A stretch of 64,000 nt of DNA from Malacoraja senta. Its lineage: Eukaryota. The notes under the pieces are model-generated. The model made no database searches. It worked only from the letters and a program-made list of their open reading frames with translations, and had not been told where the DNA came from. Within the stretch, counting starts at the first letter, position 1; every line of letters begins with the position of its first letter. Shown in pieces: positions 12,820 through 25,160 of the stretch. A program made the position numbers and the translations under genes. The stretch spans positions 1,302,001 to 1,366,000 of the forward strand of contig CM075990.1 in NCBI GenBank assembly GCA_038087875.1, in the 5' to 3' direction.

Positions 12820-13594
12820 TGTAAATTGTTCATTCTAAGCTTCCCCCAGTCTAGTTTCAGTAAAAAAGCCACCGAATCAAGCACTTGCGCAACTAATCTT
12901 TATTTTGACAAAACACAATTACAATTCAATTACTATACCTAACCACCGCGGGTTCGATCCTCGTATCTGCCTGATCAAAACAGCCCTCTAGGCCTCGCTC
13001 AAACAGAGACACTCCAGAAGGTCACACAGTCCTAAGCGCTCTCCCAGAAGATTGACGCAGGACCTCGTGGCAGTGGACTTTTATCGGTCCCCGGACCTCG
13101 AGGGGCTGAACCACATGGGGGTGGTCTCTTTACAATCCAATTACAGATATTGATTAACCCATACATAACAGACATTTCCCTAACCCAATAATACAGTGGC
13201 TAATACATTGTATTCAAACAGTGCTTCTCGGAGGAAGCAAACATCGCAACATTTACCCTGATATGCAAGAAAACCAGACAAGGCTCAATACCTCATCCAA
13301 TCAACATTCAGTAAAGTAAAGCTTTGCAACATTATTTACAAGTATTTACAGGTTGTATGTCTGGTTTGCAGTGAGCCAATCCATTCTATGCATTTTGCAC
13401 CTAATTGACAGGGTCTGCAGAATTTCCCATTCCGTTTCTGCAGCTTGGATCTAGGCTCTAGACAAACTGGCACTACCCTGCAGCTTGTCGCTGTTCCACA
13501 GAGAGCACTTTCAAATTGACCAAATATCCCAGCAGCCCTGAAGCCTTTACCCAATATTAGAGTCCTAGCCTCTCCAATCTGGCCAGGATTAACA
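12820..13594 (-). repeat. ERV 3' LTR (775 bp)
   Basis: TG..CA ends, AATAAA at 12899-12904 (minus strand), PPT at about 13595-13607. Confidence 0.92.
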
Positions 13595-15787
13595 TTCCTT
13601 CCTTTTTATCATATATGATAACCAATCATTTATGATAACCAAATAGTCCAATAATCAGCTAACCAGATATACCTAAGTGTGTCCATTACATTTCCTATCA
13701 GCAAACAAGATGATGATGTTTCTTCCCAGAATCTTGTCAAGCTTCCCGAGTTTTCGTGGGCATAGCTTCACAATTTCCGTCTGATGAGTCATCACCTCCC
13801 GAGTTTTCGTGGGCGCGAATTCCCTCCATCCGTGTTGTTGCCCATTCTTCCATCTCTTTCCATAATCGAACCTACAACCTAAAATTCCTGAAAAACTTGG
13901 GACAAAGCAAGTTACCATCATGCACCCATGCTTTCAAATACTTTCACTATAATTCTGCTCTACCTATTCCTGTTCCATTCTCTATTGAACCTATTATATT
14001 CTGCTCTATCACTGTATTCCTATTCCTATTCTGTTCCGAAATGTACTCTTTAATATCCTAGGATCAACACTAATCAGCCCTCTCCCTATTCACACAATGT
14101 TATAATATGTATATCTGATGATGAGTTCTCATATAAATTTCAGCTGGGTTCAGTCCAGATTTCCCTACAGGCGTGACTAATTTAAATCAAACCATGACAA
14201 ATGTTCCAATTTAACCAAATTCAGTCTCAGCCTTCAATTTACTATTTCAAATTTCAGTGTCCATCTCATCCTTCTCATTCCACAGCATTGTGACCGATAA
14301 CACAATTCCATTCCAATTCCTGTGGAATTCCCAGCTGTTCAAATTTAAACAATCAATTTCCATATGCTGTTAATTTCATCATAAATCCAATTAAGAATGC
14401 TGGATCCAGGGACAATTTCTTTCCACCTTGATAATAGAAGTCGCTTTACCATCAAGGGTTAAACAATTTAGATGCACCGGTTAAATATGCATCGGCTAAG
14501 CTATTTTTATACCCATTCAAATACCCCTCCCTCTACAATTCACTAAGTCTCTCCACCAGTACCTCTTCCTATTCATGTATGTCTCCTTACTATGTTGACT
14601 CTTTACTATGTTGGCTCCGTTCTCAGTCTAGGGGTTCTTGCTTATACTAGTTCTTAACTACCAAGTAATTTCCTAGTCCGGTCTCTTAAAGGGAAGTCCT
14701 GCTGCTCACAGTTCCTCTTTTGATCATTTCCAATTATAACTCCAATTCCAATTCCAATTTCAATTTTAATTCCAACTTTAATTCCAATTTTAATTCCAAC
14801 TCTCATATTCCCTGAATAATTTCCATGTTACCAGATCTTCCCAAGTTCCATCCTTCCTGATGTTCTCTGAATAATCCTTCCATTCTTTGGCTGCCTGTTT
14901 GGGGATGCGATAATAACAATATCAATTAATAATCAAACTTCAATTATTCCTAAGCCAAATTCCACAAGTCTGTTCCAAATCTCAAAATTTAAAGTCCCTC
15001 CAATTCATTACCATACAATTTCGAGACCGAATCCATAATTTCATACATTTATTTCTAATAATTATAATTTAGATGCAAATTAGGTATTTTACCCCAAAAC
15101 TCAGAGGAATGTTTTCAAATTCAGTTTGTTTTAAAGAGGAGCTTCTCCCAATAGTCATTACAAGTTGTCAGGGTCATTTCTTTAGGAAAGATTAGTGTCC
15201 TTTACTTTTCTTCCTTTTCTTTCTTCAAAAGCTAGATGATGTTAAAGTTGGGAACTAGGATAGGTCTTCTTCTTCTGTTCTGGTGTCAGTTTCAAGGGAG
15301 TAGGGATACTGAGGACTCTGTCTATGTGTGTTGGCCTTCCCAAATTTGTCTTAAAGGGGCAGGACAGTATCATTTTTCTCCTGCTTGTTGATTCCTGTTT
15401 CTGGGGAGCTACATTACCTTTGCTGTCTTCTGCCCGTTCTCAACGGGTCTGTTTATTCTTTACCACACTCCCCAGATAGTATGTTGTCGATTGTACTGTG
15501 ATGCAGGCACAAACTGAGTAACATGTTAGTATAATAACTTCTTTCCCCACTCCCATACCTCCTGCACAATAGGTTTGTTTCTTCTCTCCCTAGTGCCATT
15601 TCCATTCCTTAGTTACCATTCCTTCTCACCAATTATTATGTTTCTTACTTCTTCCTTTCAGTAAGGGTTTCTCAAGAATTAGATTATTTGTGTCTCCCCC
15701 TAGAATTTGGAAGGGATGATGTCCTTCCTGGTTTGTAATGCTGTTTCTCGGGCCATGTGAGGACGCCTTCAAATTTAATAGGTGGTA

Positions 15788-17290
15788 TTAACTGTTAACT
15801 GGCAGGTTAGGGCTAACGAAATGGGTTCGATTGCCAAAATGTCCCTGCCCCCGATCAATTTGCCAGTGTCCTCGTCCTCTACCCTCGGGGTCCCAAGAGT
15901 CCCGGTAACCTCTCGGAATCCACTGGTTTATGAAACCCCGTGGCCCTCTTCTTTGCCCCCTTCCTTCTCGACAGTACTCCCTCACAGAACACGACTGACT
16001 CCAATGTCCCAAACCCCCACAGTTGTAGCACAGATCTGGCCGGACAGCTCTATAACCTCTCCAGCCAAACCGAGGAAAGGTCGGTTCTCAGAATGGGAGA
16101 TCTATCCAGGCCTACAGGTCTTCCTCCTCCTTATCCTCTTCCGTCCTTATTTCTCTTCTTTGAACCTTTAATATAGGTCTCTGAGCTGCCGTTGAACCAG
16201 GCTGCATTAAAGTCTGTACGTCTGTGGTCTGGGAGACATTTATACCTAATGCGGAACTTAATACCAAAGGTGGAGTAGGCATCTTCCTACAAACAAACTG
16301 CCTGCAGGGAATCCATTTTAAACCCCCTTCGTCAGGGAATTGCTCCGACATAATAATGTTATCAATGTCCGGATCAATACTCCATATCCTCCTCCTATCT
16401 CACCCTCAGAAAAGCTATTTGTTCTATCTCTGTACTTCAGGAAGGATTCCTTCATTTTCCCGCTACTAGATTTTCTAATCAATTTTGGTACCCATTTCGA
16501 TGGAACCTTCCTTCTAGCTCCTTGATCTCCCATACTGTCCTCCACAGGTGGAGCAATCATAGGAGCTAGAGGATCCTTCCCCGATTTCTCCACTTCAGAT
16601 TTTAATTTAGTGGGAGGAGCCGAAGATAACGCTGACTCCTCCCATGTGACCTGCTTGCAAGCTGCGCATGCTGTGGAACATGAGAGTGCTGTGAGGAATG
16701 CTGTGGCTCCACTCCGAAAAATTCTGCCCACCCTGTCATATAGTGAGCCTCTCTCCCCTCGAGGTCTACAGATACTGCTGCACTCTTACCAAATGTAATA
16801 AGTTTCATTATAGTCGTCACCTCCCCTTTAAGAGCCATCTCAGTAGTTTTCCTTTTAGAAGATGGTATTCTCTCCTGCTCCTGCTCCTGCTGTTGGCTTA
16901 CTAGTTCTTCCTGCCCTGTTCTGGAATGTCCCGAGAAGGACCAGTTCTCTCGTGTTCCCCTCTAATCCCCAATTGATATGCCGCCATTCTTAGGGTGGAC
17001 AGCAAAACGATCTCTTTATTTATTTTCCTTCTAGTGAAGAACATTCTCCATATTCCAATTAACTAATTTCCTTCTTCACTATTTCCATATTTTTTGACAA
17101 TCATTTCTATGTAGTTTATTCCTATTACAGATTTTAGTCCACCCAGCGGCCAAAGTTCGCTTGTCAAAACTGCATTTAATTCTCCAGATAATCCTCTTAG
17201 TCTGTCTGCTTCATGTGGAAGCTTCTCGCAAATTATCCTTATCGGGCTTCCTGATCTATTTGATCGATCCTTCTCAGAGACATTCCCCAT
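15788..17290 (-). pseudogene. ERV gag remnant
   Basis: MG start (myristoylation-type), Pro-rich region, CYNCGGLGHWSQSC zinc knuckle (about 15989-16030) and RG-rich tail; multiple stops and frameshifts. Confidence 0.8.
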
Positions 17291-18807
17291 CTTTCCTGTA
17301 CAATGGTCACAATACAAAATACAAAATAAAATTCCAGATACTAACATCTATTCAAACTCACTCCTTCCTCTCAGACTCTAAGGTCAATGGGGTCTCTCCC
17401 ACACAATGGCTAATCTTCTCTCTGATTCACACTTACTCGCACAATCGCTCCCTTTGAACTGTTACTCAATCACTCACTCAATCGTTCCTATTCAATTATT
17501 CAAACCACTTGTTCGTATTCAATCTCTCTCCCAACTTTCTTATCAGTTAGATCGCAATCATTTCAGTCAACTCTAAACTTTCAAACAAAGGATCTCCGGT
17601 TTCTCAATCCATGTCTAACTCTCAATCACAGTCTCTTCCACGCAGCAATCTCTCACTCAATCCACCTTATGTTCGCACAGACAGACAAATCCGAACCATG
17701 AAACTATAATCAGAAATGAAAATATTCCCCCGATTACAAATAACTCAAGACACACCCCAATATAAACTGCAAGCATCCAATAAATCCCACTCTAATAAAT
17801 CTTCCTCATGGCGCAATTGGTCCGTGGGATGAATCCTCCCCCGACAGCGATCAAAAAAGTACAACCGCTGATCGATCCACCGCGACTCTGATTCTCACAA
17901 TATGACGATCTAAACAATGACAAATATTTAACTCAAACACACTTTTACTTCAAGTATCTAAACCCGTAAACACTCACACAAGCAGCAATACAAGCAGCGG
18001 TCTGCAAACTTAACACACTCTAAATCTTAACTTTCCAAATCTTAATACATTCTAAGTTTATTTACATAATATTTACAGAATATTTACACAATTCGGATCC
18101 GATAACAATACAAAAAAGCTAGATTTTTACAATTTACAAAAATGATTAATAGCACTAGTGCACAGTTTACAAACACTCGATCTCAATGCCGCGTCATGCT
18201 GTTATCACTCAATTAACATCTCCCTCTGATACCGAAGATTTTCCCCTTCCTAGGTTACTCTTTGCTGAGGGGTACTACTCCTTAAATGACCACTTTTCCT
18301 CCTGAATGTTACTATCTCTCTGCTAAGACTGGACCTCTAAAGGGGGACCTCTATCCCTCCTCTCTAAGTTCTACAGAATTAGTGGTACCCTTTGCATTCG
18401 GATTACTTTTCATCAAGTAAAGAGGTTTCCATCTCTCAGGTACTCTTCGCTATCAGGTACTAATCAACAATCGATCAGAGGGTTACTATTCACTGCTGAT
18501 CAGCCGCTATTCGGAATCGATCACGGACATGCACCAACTCCGAAGTTCTATCTACAAGAATTCGAATTCTACCTTACGGGCAGAACTTCAATGTGAAATT
18601 ATGTATTTGGAAATTTGATTCTGCAAATCTAGGCTCGTTCTCAAACTCCTAGTTTTGGTGCGTACCACTCCACATACGCTAATTAAACTAAATTGCCCAA
18701 TGAAAAAATCTTGAATGGACTAGAGTATTCCCAGCCAATCTTTACTCTGACCACCGAGCCCAGTACCTTTATGAGATTCCTTGTCCATCACTACAGGGGG
18801 GGACTCA

Positions 18808-18959
18808 AGGGCATGTCCCACCTGCGCGTTTTTTGCACATGGCGTGTGGTGAGACGTGGTGGCGTAGGCAGTGACACGCAGTCATGCGCGGCGCCCCAGG
18901 ATTTCAGGATTCACAAAATCTTCGCGCGCCACCTACGTGACGCGCAAATGACAAGCCCT
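18808..18959. mobile_element. MITE, probably PIF/Harbinger type, inside the ERV leader
   Basis: TIRs agggcatgtc / gacaagccct and a 3-bp TSD TCA on both sides. Confidence 0.7.
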
Positions 18960-19481
18960 TCAGACACCTTCATGCGGACACTCCTCTCTGTTGGGCACTG
19001 GGGGTTCAGCGCCTAGCCGCTTCGCGCTGGCAGTTGTCGATTCCGATTTTCAGAGCGCACCTTTCCAATCCGCGCTCCCGGCAAAGATAGAGCGATACGT
19101 AGGTCAGACCTGTATTTCAATATCCCACCAATTGGATACCAAATCTAACCTTGGGCCACTCCTCGTCCAATGAAGCACATCAGGCTCTCGTTAAAGCAGC
19201 TGCAGTCTGCCAACCATGACCAGTTTTTGGGCCACTCCTCGCCCAGTTTTGTGGGCCCCTAACCCAAAGGAGTGCTAACCACCCCCCCCCCCTCCGTGCT
19301 TGCTAGACTCTATTCTAATGATCTCGATTAGACCCTTTCCCAAGCCCGCGAATGATCGATCCACTCCGACTAACGAAGTGCCGAAAACCAATGCGAAAGT
19401 GCAGTGGGCCTGATTTCTGCACTCGCGATCGAAACAGCTCAACACCCTTGATTGTAAACTTGTGTTTGGGGAACTGTTGAG

Positions 19482-19499
19482 ATCCCGGACGAGCCCCCA
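19482..19499 (-). promoter_or_regulatory. Primer binding site, tRNA-Pro
   Basis: Exact 18-mer TGGGGGCTCGTCCGGGAT, the MLV-type Pro PBS, 1 nt from the LTR. Confidence 0.95.
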
Positions 19500-19500
19500 A

Positions 19501-20481
19501 TGTAAATTGCTTGTTCTAAGCTTCTCCCCAGTCTAGTTTCAGTCACAAACCACTGAATCAAGCACTTGCGCAACTAATCTATATTTTGACAAAACACAAT
19601 TACAATTCAATTACTATACCTAACCACGGCGGGTTCGATCCTCGTATCTGCGTGATCAAGCCCTCTAGGCCTCGCTCAAACAGAGACACTCCAAAAGGTC
19701 ACACAGTCCTAAGCGCTCTCCCAGAAGATCGACGCAGGACGTCGTGGCAGCGGACTTTTATAGGACTTCTCTGCCTCAGAGGGCGGTGGAGGCAGGTTCT
19801 CTGGATGCTTTCAAGAGAGAGCTAGATAGGGCTCTTAAAAATAGCAGAGTCAGGGGATATGGGGAGAAGGCACGAACGGGGTACTGATTGGGGATGATCT
19901 GCCATGATCACATTGAATGGCGGGGCTGGCTCGAAGGGCCGAATGGCCTACTCCTGCACCTATTGTCTATTGTCTATTGCCCCAGACCGCGAGTGGCTGA
20001 ACCACATGGGGATGGTCTCTTTACAATCCAATTACAGTTATTGATTAACATACATAACAGACATTTCCCTAGCCCAATAATAGTGGCTAATACATTGTAT
20101 TCAAACAGTGCTTCTCGAAGGAAGCAAACATCGCAACATTTACCCTGATATGCAAGAAAACCAGACAAGGCTCAATACCTCATCCAATCAACATTCAGTA
20201 AAGTAAAGCTTTGCAACATCATTTACAATAATTTACAAGGTGTATGTTTGGTTTGCAGTCATCCAATCCATTCTATGCATTTTGCACCGAAGGGACAGGG
20301 TGTGCAAAAGTTCCCATTCCCTTCCTGCAGCTTGGATCTAGGCTCTAGACAAACTGGCACCACTCTGCAGCTTGTCCCAGTTCCACAGAGAGCACTTTCA
20401 AATTGACCAAATATCCCAGCAGCCCTGAAGCCTTTACCAAATTTTTGAGTCCTAGCCTCTCCAATCTGGCCAGGATTAACA
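19501..20481 (-). repeat. ERV 5' LTR with an inserted CR1 tail
   Basis: Direct repeat of 12820-13594 plus about 215 bp of CR1; followed by the PBS. Confidence 0.92.
19765..19979 (+). mobile_element. CR1 3' end inserted in the ERV 5' LTR
   Basis: CR1 3' UTR ending in (ctattgt)n; absent from the other LTR. Confidence 0.9.
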
Positions 20482-20918
20482 TGGCCAGGGTGGTGAGGGT
20501 CTCTGATGAAGCTGGCTGCCTTTCTGAAGCAGTGACTCCTGTAGATCCCTTCGACGGTGGTCATAGTTGTGGAGCACAGAAACAAGCTCTCTGGCCTAAT
20601 TCATCCCGGCTGACCAAGATGCTCCATCTAAGTTACTCCCGATTGCCTGTATTTGGCTCATATCCCTGTAGACTATCCCGAGCCATGTACAGTACCTGTC
20701 CTTTACTTTTATATGTGTAAGAAAGAACTGCAGATGCTGGTTTGGCCGCCCATTCCATGTGCCCACCGCCCAATGTGGAAAATTGTTGCTGTTCCAGATG
20801 CAAGTAGATCCCATCCCAAAAGATCTTCCCCACAACTTCCCCAACACTGATGCGAAGCTCACCAGCCTATAATATCCTGGTGTGTATGAAGGAACTGCAG
20901 GCGCTGGTTTAAACTGAA

Positions 20919-22265
20919 TATAAACAAGCACCAGAGACAGTATATGATTTAAACACATCTTTAATCAGCACTGGAACTTAGCAGCGTTGAGGACAATAGG
21001 TTGTCGGTACATCCTAGCTGCTCAGACTGGCAGTGCCGGGAACGAGTGTTAGTATAAGTGTTATAGTGGGGTGGAGTTAGTGATGCTGGCTTATGTGTGA
21101 TTGGTTCACATGCATCATCAATTTACATCCTTCCCCCTAAAGATTAAGTGTGGAAAGGGCACCCATACCATGGAGTTAAACATACTCGCCATAATCTGTC
21201 TGGTCGTTTACTAACACGGCCCGAGCATGTGCGGACTCAACCCTCCCCTTCCTCACCTGAAAGATGAGGGAGAGCCTGGAGGCGAGAATGGCGTGGGAGA
21301 GGCCTGTGTTGACCGAAAGGGGAAACATGCGGTAGGTGAAATCCCGTGGTTAGTGGAGACCGAGGGACGTGGAGGGGTGCAAGGCATGCCGGGACGGGTG
21401 GGAGACATTGCAAAAGGCGGCTGGAACTGGAGCGGTGGAACATAGGGACCAGCAGGCGGTGGTCGGGGCTCCCTCACAGCAAGCAGGTGTTTTCGACTTC
21501 TCCAGTATACCACTCCCTCACAGTCCACAAGGTAGGATCGTGGCTCGTCAGTTGGGCGGACAACAGTGCCCAGACGGGAATGTCCAGTTGAAGTTCGTAG
21601 ACGGACAACCTGGCCTGGCAGTAGAGGCTTGAGTGGTCTGCTGGAACTGTCGTATGACCGTTTCTGGATATCGTGCTTCTCTTGGAGACGTTTCTGGATA
21701 GTGGCAGGCTTCAGCACCCGAGGGACCAGCTGCTGTTGTGCGATGGGGACTGGAGCCCTTGTCAATCTTGACATTAGGCGCTGTGCCGGCGATCCCAAGG
21801 TTCCATCTCTGGCAATATTTCTGAGATTCAGGAGATCGAGATAGACGTCTGACTTTGAAATGCTTGGCGCTTCTGACAGCGCGTTCAGCGAGTCCATTTC
21901 TCTGTAGATACTCGGGACTGTGAAATTCTCCCGTTCATGGGGGTATTGTTCGCAAGATGCCTGAGGTGCACGAGAGAGAGTGTCAGCAACATGCATGTCC
22001 TTACCCTTTGTGTAGGTAATAGAGAGGCGTGGGTTCGTATCCCACTTCTGACACCATGTAAACAAGCACCAGAGACATTATATGATTTAAACACATCTTT
22101 AATCAGCACTGGAACTTAGCAGCGTTGAGGACAATAGGTTGTCAGTACATCCTAGCTGCTCAGACTGGCAGTGCCGGGAACGAGTGTAAGTATAAGTGTT
22201 ATAGTGGGGTGGAGTTAGTGATGCTGGCTTATGTGTGATTGGTTCACATGCATCATCAATCTACA
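20919..22265 (-). mobile_element. Miniature, internally deleted Gypsy LTR element
   Basis: 209-bp LTRs at 20919-21127 and 22057-22265, TSD ctgaa/ccgaa, PBS TGGTGTCAGAAGTGG and PPT. The 270-aa frame fuses the RNase H end to the integrase C-terminus. Confidence 0.92.
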
Positions 22266-22445
22266 CCGAAGATAGACACAAAATGCTGGAGTAACTCAGC
22301 AGGACAGGCAGGATCTCTGGAGAGAAAGAACGGGTGACGTTTTGGGTCTGATCAGTCTGAAGAAGTGTCTCGACCCGAAACGTCACCCATTCCTTTTCTC
22401 CAGAAATGCTGCCTGACCCCCTGAGTTACTCCAGCATTCTGTTTT
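22266..22445. mobile_element. Fold-back pair of Penelope terminal units; its head at about 20885-20918 is split off by the mini-Gypsy
   Basis: Inverted arms of about 70 bp around a hammerhead-like core at 22357-22384. Confidence 0.75.
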
Positions 22446-22896
22446 TTATAATTTCCTGGTTTGCCCCTATTGCTCTTCTTAAACAGTTGAACAGATTAAC
22501 TGTTCTCCAGCCTGCTGGGACCCTGGAGGATGCTAAAGATGATACATGGATCTAAGCTCTCCATCACCACTGCATCTGCTCCGGCATGTTCACTTTCTTT
22601 AGTCAATGTGATTCCCCCCCCCCCCCCCCCACCCCCAGATGTCATAGATGGATCCCTCACCCGCGTCACCTCTGTATCCCGTAGTTCTGCTCTTGCTCCT
22701 AGAGTTCCCCCTGGTGCTCACCTTTCAACCCACCAGCCTTCCCATTCAACACAACATTTTTATTCAAGAACGGCAAATACAGTGATCACTGGGCACAATC
22801 GCCTAGATTGCTCAACGAACAAAGATCCATCTGCGCCTTATATACAGACTTTCCTTTTGATGTTTTGTTTATTGCAGCAAGCACTTTAGGAATTTT

Positions 22897-23096
22897 NNNN
22901 NNNNNNNNNNNNNNNNNNNNNNNNNNNNNNNNNNNNNNNNNNNNNNNNNNNNNNNNNNNNNNNNNNNNNNNNNNNNNNNNNNNNNNNNNNNNNNNNNNNN
23001 NNNNNNNNNNNNNNNNNNNNNNNNNNNNNNNNNNNNNNNNNNNNNNNNNNNNNNNNNNNNNNNNNNNNNNNNNNNNNNNNNNNNNNNNNNNNNNNN
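22897..23096. other. Assembly gap (200 N)
   Basis: Run of N. Confidence 1.
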
Positions 23097-24278
23097 GTTT
23101 CACAATGTGAGCTGAGTGCCTGGAACGCACTGTTAGAAGTGGTCGTGAAGGCAAATATGAAAATGGCATTTAAGAAGCCGTTAGTTAGGCACCAGGATAT
23201 GGAGGGAATGGGTCATGTGTAGGCGGAGGAGATTAGTTTAGCCTAGCATTATGTTCGACACGGATATTATGATCGAAGCGCCAGTTTACTGTGCTGTTCC
23301 ATGAATCACTGACACCTCGTGAAGCTCCATGAAATTCCAAGCCAGCAAATACTGGTCAGCACAACGTCATGGGGGCAGGAAATTACGCTGTAATTCGGAG
23401 TGAACAACCAGTGATGTCAATACCTTCTGAACATTCTGAATTTGTAGTCGGCAGGGGCAGACTCTGCATATCGCCAACAAGCATCAATAGATGCTAGAGT
23501 AACTCAGCGACGAGGCCAGTGAGCGGAGAGGCCGCATGGGTGACAGTGGGTGACGGGCTGGAGACGGACGGGTCGGTGCTTAATAGGTAAGTGGTACATC
23601 ACCCTCAGAATAAAAATTGGAAACTGGGGTGCGTATCTGGGAATCCATCAGAATAATTACAAATGGGTTCGAGGGGAAGCATGAGTGTATTCCAGTTTTT
23701 GTGAAATGGTTCATGTGATCGGGATAATTATTGACTGATCAAAATGGTAGATTTATTTTTCTAGCAAACATTCGGGGGGATTCAGTATTCACAGACCCAG
23801 TCATCGGCTGCCCGTCTGTAGTGCAATGTGAAGAAGCCACGTTTCTGGAGGTCACATGCGGGCAATTAAATTATGAAATCATGTGAAGGCCTTGGGTCGG
23901 TGCACGGCAATGGGCGGTTAATATTCTCACGCCGTTTGCAAGCTTTCGTGGCGAACACCGCCTCGGGAAACGCGATCGAATTAATGGAAGAAGTAAAAAC
24001 CAACAATGCACTCGAGAAGTAGAACGTGAGTTCCGCGGCTGAAACCACCTGCCCCAGGGGCAGAGGAGCGAGAGCAATCCGGCAAATTGTCTGATGTGGG
24101 TACAATTACCATTTGAACTAATTGGATGTATTGGTAGATGGGAAAGGATATCGGTAAGGGTTTTTAAACGGGTATCGGATTTAAACGGGTCAGGTCATTA
24201 AGGAATCCGGTCGAACGGGTTAACTGGCTGGATTGCAGGTAAGTTCCTCACTCACGTTATTTGGTATATTTCCCCCCA

Positions 24279-24310
<32 letters not shown>

Positions 24311-24424
24311 CTCCCCCTTCCAAGGTTGGTTCTTCTGTTTGCCTTTATTTGCTTCAGTTTTATTTGTTTTGTGTTATTTATCACATTGTAGCTTTTGAAA
24401 GATTCAAGAGGGTATCAGACGCTT

Positions 24425-25160
24425 TCTTTCTTTTTCTTTTTTTTAATACATTTTTTATTAGAGGCATATGCATATCATAGTTCAAACCAATAAAAAACTT
24501 TGTTTAACGATTACATATTAAATATCCAGGATTCCAGGGACCCAGTTACCAAAGTAGCTGGGGTCCTCCTTTATCGGTTACATATTAACATTGCCTCTAA
24601 TTATTTATTTATATTTATAGATAGAAAAAAGAAAGAAAGAAAGAAAGGAAATTAGAAAAATAGAATAAACTGTCAATAATACAACTTAGGAGATAGGTCC
24701 GTAGGTCAGAGAACGTAACTATTCATCTAGTGTTGGATTCAGGTTCCAGTCAGGCTTCCGCGCCGGCCCAATCTATCCCTTCAAATAATCTATAAATGGA
24801 GACCATATTCTAGTAAATAATTCTGGTTTGTTAATTAAGATAAATCTATTTTTTTCCAAATGTAAGGTCTCCGACATTTCCATAATCCACATCTTGATTG
24901 TGGGGGTTGCTGGGTTCTTCCAAAATTTTAATATTAATTTTTTCCCAATTATTATACTGTAATCCGGGAGATTTCTTTGGTTTGTTGTAAGTTTTATGTA
25001 TTGTTCTGATATGCCCAATATTATTAATTTAGGATCGGGATCCAGTTGGGTATTAACAACTACAGAGATTATTTTAAAAATATCCATCCAGTAATTTATA
25101 ATTTTTACAAAATTATGAGTTAAATTAGCCGCAGAGTATTGACATTTGTCACAGATAGAG
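24425..25160 (-). mobile_element. L1-clade LINE 3' end
   Basis: ORF2 C-terminus (CDKC..LTH..LILKFWKNPATPTIKMW..LEK..IWSPF), 3' UTR and A-rich tail. Confidence 0.8.

Larger units (their letters stand above)
12820..20481 (-). mobile_element. Endogenous retrovirus (gamma/epsilon-like, tRNA-Pro PBS); gag remnant only, no recognisable pol or env
   Basis: LTRs 12820-13594 and 19501-20481, 4-bp TSD TGGC, PBS TGGGGGCTCGTCCGGGAT, PPT adjacent to the 3' LTR. Gag MA (MGNVSEK..WP) and CCHC knuckle. Confidence 0.92.

Noticed and set aside
19974-20480. Cys-rich ORFs in the ERV U3 (possible LTR-encoded accessory gene)
   Set aside because: Short, interrupted by stops in both LTRs, and no recognisable domain.
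22786-23169. ORFs spanning X runs
   Set aside because: Artefact of the 200-N assembly gap.
23764-23885. NIRGDSV after a splice acceptor, resembling the start of a TCR/Ig V exon
   Set aside because: No conserved Cys-Trp-YYC pattern or RSS follows, and the frame stops early.
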